Shown here piece by piece: positions 40,466 through 43,034 of a stretch of DNA of 43,034 bases. The notes below the pieces were generated by a model. The model searched no databases. It had not been told where the DNA came from and saw only the letters and a program-made list of their open reading frames with translations. The first letter of the stretch is position 1. Every line of letters starts with the position of its first letter. Origin of the DNA: a virus. The stretch is from IMG/VR virus record IMGVR_UViG_3300035510_000237; one strand, written 5' to 3'. The translations under genes were made by a program, and so were the position numbers.

Positions 40466-40513
40466 TTGACAAAATCCCCTTGGGATGCTATAATATAAGT
40501 GTTCCAAGGGGAA
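40466..40513 (+). promoter_or_regulatory. Promoter with an embedded inverted repeat: TTGACA-[CCCCTTGGGA]-TATAAT-[TTCCAAGGGG].
   Basis: ttgacaaaatccccttgggatgctataatataagtgttccaagggg. Confidence 0.55.
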
Positions 40514-40533
40514 CAAAACAAATTTGAAAGGAA

Positions 40534-40920
40534 TTGATACAAATGATAGATTTTATTTCTAATGGAGAAAAAACCATTGCTATTGACCTGGAGACTACTG
40601 CTATTCCTGTGGAGTACGCTAGAAAGATTTGTGAGGCCAAACAGAGAGAAAAGCTAGAAGCCTATAACAAAAAGATTGCAACTTTGGTTAAAACTGCTAT
40701 TTCTCACATTAACGAAGAGCTTATGAATGGAAAGATTCATGCATCTTATCTTTTTACCCCTTATAATGCAGATATTTCCAGAGACGATGCCCTTAAAATT
40801 TGCCATTTGATTGAAGCAGAGTTTAAAGATAAAGGATATTGGACTTTCATTTATGAGTATGCTGAAAGTAACCACAATAAATATGCTAGCATTGACATTT
40901 CTATCCCCGAAAAAAAATAA
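40534..40920 (+). CDS. Hypothetical early protein, 128 aa.
   Basis: Track ORF with leader tgaaaggaattgatacaa-ATG and a TAA stop. Confidence 0.55.
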   Translation: MIQMIDFISNGEKTIAIDLETTAIPVEYARKICEAKQREKLEAYNKKIATLVKTAISHINEELMNGKIHASYLFTPYNADISRDDALKICHLIEAEFKDKGYWTFIYEYAESNHNKYASIDISIPEKK

Positions 40921-40932
40921 ATAAAAAATCTC

Positions 40933-40980
40933 TTGACAAATCTCTCTTGGAGTGATATAATAAAGATGCTCCAAGAGAGA
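40933..40980 (+). promoter_or_regulatory. Promoter with an embedded inverted repeat: TTGACA-[TCTCTCTTGGAG]-TATAAT-[CTCCAAGAGAGA].
   Basis: ttgacaaatctctcttggagtgatataataaagatgctccaagagaga. Confidence 0.55.
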
Positions 40981-40996
40981 TAAACAAAGAAAGGAA

Positions 40997-41275
40997 TTGA
41001 TAATTATGAAAATTTATGAAATTCTCACCGCTAGCTATCTCAACAGTGATAGAAACCAAGAGATATGTGCTTATGTTGCATCAAAAGAGATTGTGGAAGA
41101 TTATATCCATGCGTGTATCCCTGAAATTACATCGGTCACTGATAAAAAAGATGGCAGAGTTGTTTGGGCATCAGATTGGAAATGGACAGATTTCCCCGGT
41201 TTTGCTCCTGGGCTTGTTTATAGAGATAAAGAAAATTGTATATTCTTTAGAGAAATCGAAGTAATTGAAAATTAA
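40997..41275 (+). CDS. Hypothetical early protein, 92 aa.
   Basis: Track ORF with leader agaaaggaattgataatt-ATG and a TAA stop. Confidence 0.55.
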   Translation: MIIMKIYEILTASYLNSDRNQEICAYVASKEIVEDYIHACIPEITSVTDKKDGRVVWASDWKWTDFPGFAPGLVYRDKENCIFFREIEVIEN

Positions 41276-41278
41276 CTC

Positions 41279-41327
41279 TTGACAAAACCCTCTTGGAGTG
41301 ATATAATAAAGATACTCCAAGAGGGAG
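41279..41327 (+). promoter_or_regulatory. Promoter with an embedded inverted repeat: TTGACA-[CCCTCTTGGAG]-TATAAT-[CTCCAAGAGGG].
   Basis: ttgacaaaaccctcttggagtgatataataaagatactccaagaggg. Confidence 0.55.
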
Positions 41328-41345
41328 ATACAAAACAGAAAGGAT

Positions 41346-41576
41346 TTGATAACTATGGTAGGAACAAAGGTATGGTGCTTGTTTGATGAATCAGATTTGC
41401 TGGGAATTTATTCCACCAAAGAGAAAGCCCTAGCGGCAACTAAAGAGATATTTTTTGAAGAAGATGTCTTTTTTTCGTATGAAGAGGATGAAGCAGAAGA
41501 GGCGCTTAAAGATTTGGAAGATACTGGCGAAGCACCCACCTGCGGATTCTTTCTTAAAGAATTTATTTTGGAATAA
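41346..41576 (+). CDS. Hypothetical acidic early protein, 76 aa.
   Basis: Track ORF with leader agaaaggatttgataact-ATG and a TAA stop. Confidence 0.55.
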   Translation: MITMVGTKVWCLFDESDLLGIYSTKEKALAATKEIFFEEDVFFSYEEDEAEEALKDLEDTGEAPTCGFFLKEFILE

Positions 41577-41579
41577 CCC

Positions 41580-41628
41580 TTGACAAATAGCCCTCTTGGT
41601 GCTATAATAATAGCATCAAGAGGGAAAC
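41580..41628 (+). promoter_or_regulatory. Promoter with an embedded inverted repeat: TTGACA-[GCCCTCTTGGTGCT]-ATAATA-[AGCATCAAGAGGG].
   Basis: ttgacaaatagccctcttggtgctataataatagcatcaagaggg. Confidence 0.5.
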
Positions 41629-41658
41629 CGAAAAACAAATTTAAAAGGAATTGATATT

Positions 41659-41898
41659 ATGGCAACACTGAATGAACTCACTGCTTTTTATGATACCCTG
41701 TATTACAAGAAAACCCAGGCGGAATTTATTTCCGATGAAATGGATGAAATCCTTTCTGCGGTTGCACCCTGTAGCCCCTTCAAGTGCGATAGATGCCGAT
41801 TCAAAACAGAGTGTGATATTGAAAACAGAATGGTTTATCTGGAAACCGAATATTCCCAGCTGATGCAAGATATTAGAAACGCTATCAGAAAACTGTGA
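41659..41898 (+). CDS. Hypothetical early protein, 79 aa, with a CxxC..C pattern.
   Basis: Track ORF with leader aaaaggaattgatatt-ATG and a TGA stop. Terminator-like GAGGGCTTGCGCCCTC + T-run at ~41897-41925. Confidence 0.55.
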   Translation: MATLNELTAFYDTLYYKKTQAEFISDEMDEILSAVAPCSPFKCDRCRFKTECDIENRMVYLETEYSQLMQDIRNAIRKL

Positions 41899-41994
41899 GG
41901 GCTTGCGCCCTCACTCTTTTTTAAAATTTTTCTTGACAAATAAAAAATTTTATGATATAATATATATACAAGATATGAAAGGAGGCTATTCCGA

Positions 41995-42114
41995 ATGACA
42001 TTGGAATTATTCAAGGCGCTCTGTGAGATTCTGAAGTAGTGTTTAGCCACTGCGGACTGTAGCTCTTGCGCGCTGAGAGAGTTTTGTGGAAAAATTCCTA
42101 CCTCTTGGGTATGA
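41995..42114 (+). CDS. Micro-ORF: a 14-aa peptide ending at TAG, or a 39-aa Cys-rich peptide if TAG is read through.
   Basis: Promoter ttcttgacaaataaaaaattttatgatataat, RBS GAAAGGAGG, ATG at 41995. It reads MTLELFKALCEILK then TAG at 42037-42039, then in frame (Q)CLATADCSSCALREFCGKIPTSWV then TGA at 42112-42114. A strong terminator, AATCCTAGCgcaaaaGCTAGGATTTTTT, lies downstream at ~42218-42252. Confidence 0.3.
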
Positions 42115-42265
42115 TATTTCTACCGGGTCGACTTCTTCGAGGTCGGTTCGAATGTCGCGCGAATCTAGCCTTCTGACATTATTTTACAAAAATATAACAT
42201 TTTTACCCTACTAATTTCCTCCCAAAAATCCTAGCGCAAAAGCTAGGATTTTTTATAAAAAGGAC

Positions 42266-42298
42266 TTGACAATTTTTTGCCAATGTGATATAATATCT
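42266..42298 (+). promoter_or_regulatory. Early promoter TTGACA-17-TGATATAAT.
   Basis: cttgacaattttttgccaatgtgatataat. Confidence 0.55.
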
Positions 42299-42325
42299 TT
42301 AGAAACAGGAAAGAGAGTGATTCCA

Positions 42326-42466
42326 ATGATAATCTACAGAATCATTTTGATTGACAAAATTGGAGGTAGACACAAAATAAATACCAAGTTCTTTTCTTAC
42401 AAGAAAGCACAAGCAACAGCACAAAGATTTAACCTGAAATATTTCATTATTAAGGAGGAAATATAA
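42326..42466 (+). CDS. Hypothetical small basic protein, 46 aa.
   Basis: GGAAAGAGAGTGATTCCA-ATG, in frame with track ORF 42266..42466, which starts upstream of the promoter. TAA stop. Confidence 0.45.
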   Translation: MIIYRIILIDKIGGRHKINTKFFSYKKAQATAQRFNLKYFIIKEEI

Positions 42467-42467
42467 A

Positions 42468-42587
42468 ATGGATTCTACTACTTACACTTTGATTATTCTG
42501 GGAATTATTACTTTATTCGGTGTATGTTGTGGCCTTGCCATTTTGGGATGGCTTGTAAAATGTGCATTTATTGCATTATTTATTTAA
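42468..42587 (+). CDS. Small hydrophobic membrane peptide, 39 aa.
   Basis: GGAGGAAATATAAA-ATG. It reads MDSTTYTLIILGIITLFGVCCGLAILGWLVKCAFIALFI* and ends in TAA. Confidence 0.4.
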   Translation: MDSTTYTLIILGIITLFGVCCGLAILGWLVKCAFIALFI

Positions 42588-42653
42588 AAAACTCTTGACA
42601 GCAGCTCGCAAGTGTGGTATAATATAGTCACAATAAAGAAAGGAATTGATATT

Positions 42654-42848
42654 ATGAAAGATTATTACACAACTCCCACTCAGGTGAAATTCACTCAGCT
42701 ACCAGAACTTGACCTCTGGATTGGCGGCATCGCTTTTCAGAACTCTATCATTTGCGGATGTTGCGGAGGTGTGTTTCCTATGAGTTCTATCGAAGGAATT
42801 GAGGAAATGCCCTGGATTGACATTAACGAAGAGATTAAAGGAGAGTGA
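42654..42848 (+). CDS. Hypothetical early protein, 64 aa, with a CGCCGG motif.
   Basis: Promoter ttgacagcagctcgcaagtgtggtataat, leader agaaaggaattgatatt-ATG at 42654, in frame with track ORF 42612..42848. TGA stop. Confidence 0.5.
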   Translation: MKDYYTTPTQVKFTQLPELDLWIGGIAFQNSIICGCCGGVFPMSSIEGIEEMPWIDINEEIKGE

Positions 42849-42853
42849 TATAA

Positions 42854-43034
42854 ATGAAATTTCTAATTATGTTTATCGTTTTATCTATCATAAACGTAAC
42901 TTTTTCAACAGCCCGGTCTATTATGACCATTAAGGGTGGAAAGATTATTGCAAGCCTATTTTCTGGTGGTTATTTCGCTTTCTACAATGTCATGCTGATT
43001 TATACAGTAGCAGATTTTCCCATGTGGCAAAAAT
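42854..43034 (+). CDS. Small membrane protein, 3' partial at the window end.
   Basis: ATG at 42854 lies 5 nt after the previous stop. It reads MKFLIMFIVLSIINVTFSTARSIMTIKGGKIIASLFSGGYFAFYNVMLIYTVADFPMWQK.. Confidence 0.4.
   Translation, partial: MKFLIMFIVLSIINVTFSTARSIMTIKGGKIIASLFSGGYFAFYNVMLIYTVADFPMWQK

Noticed and set aside
39800-40974. Minus-strand track ORFs 39800..40159, 40199..40516 and 40654..40974 (MEHLYYITPREICQE..., MFPLEHLYYSIPRGFCQE...).
   Set aside because: Their similar N-termini arise from reading the repeated promoter/leader cassettes in antisense. They lack RBSs and oppose well-supported plus genes.
42130-42175. A tRNA-like T-loop motif, GGTTCGAAT, that might have been the amber-suppressor tRNA.
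   Set aside because: The flanking sequence cannot form a T-stem. GTCGG/GTCGC are not complementary. No acceptor stem pairs with the 3' side. The region is better explained as the 3' UTR before the terminator at 42218-42252.

Overview
The window looks like a siphovirus-type phage genome segment from a low-GC (about 33%), probably Firmicutes host. The host assignment rests on the many sigma-A style TTGACA-17-TATAAT promoters and GGAGG/AAAGGAG ribosome-binding sites.

Positions 1 to about 32140 are a minus-strand late/structural module. It uses TAG as a sense codon; TAG=Gln is the best fit at conserved motifs. Every long reading frame there is interrupted only by TAG. TAA and TGA still terminate. 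The six-frame track therefore fragments these genes, and I re-translated them by hand. Coordinates of the recoded genes may be off by a few nt.

Gene order along the minus strand is:
- a Zn-ribbon protein,
- a small-terminase-like protein,
- TerL, split by a group I intron that carries tandem HNH homing endonucleases,
- a PD-(D/E)xK-like nuclease,
- portal,
- a protease/scaffold fusion,
- an unknown protein,
- major capsid protein,
- five unknown and neck-type proteins,
- a free-standing LAGLIDADG endonuclease,
- a major tail protein split by a second group I intron,
- an unknown protein,
- a chaperone-like protein,
- a giant tape-measure ORF split by a third group I intron,
- a distal tail protein that runs off the window start.

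All three introns carry near-consensus P/Q/R/S core elements.

Positions 32.2 to 43.0 kb are a plus-strand early module of about 27 small genes in the standard genetic code. Almost every one has its own consensus promoter and a conserved leader, GAAAGGAATTGATA-N3-ATG. This module is interspersed with unusual non-coding repeat arrays:
- perfect palindromes AGTTAGTTAG-AA-CTAACTAACT, some in tandem;
- CTTTAAAG..CTAAAG iteron-like clusters;
- five promoters whose spacer and +1 region form inverted repeats that show compensatory covariation.

No tRNA, rRNA or CRISPR array was recognised. A suppressor tRNA or release-factor gene must lie outside the window or was missed.
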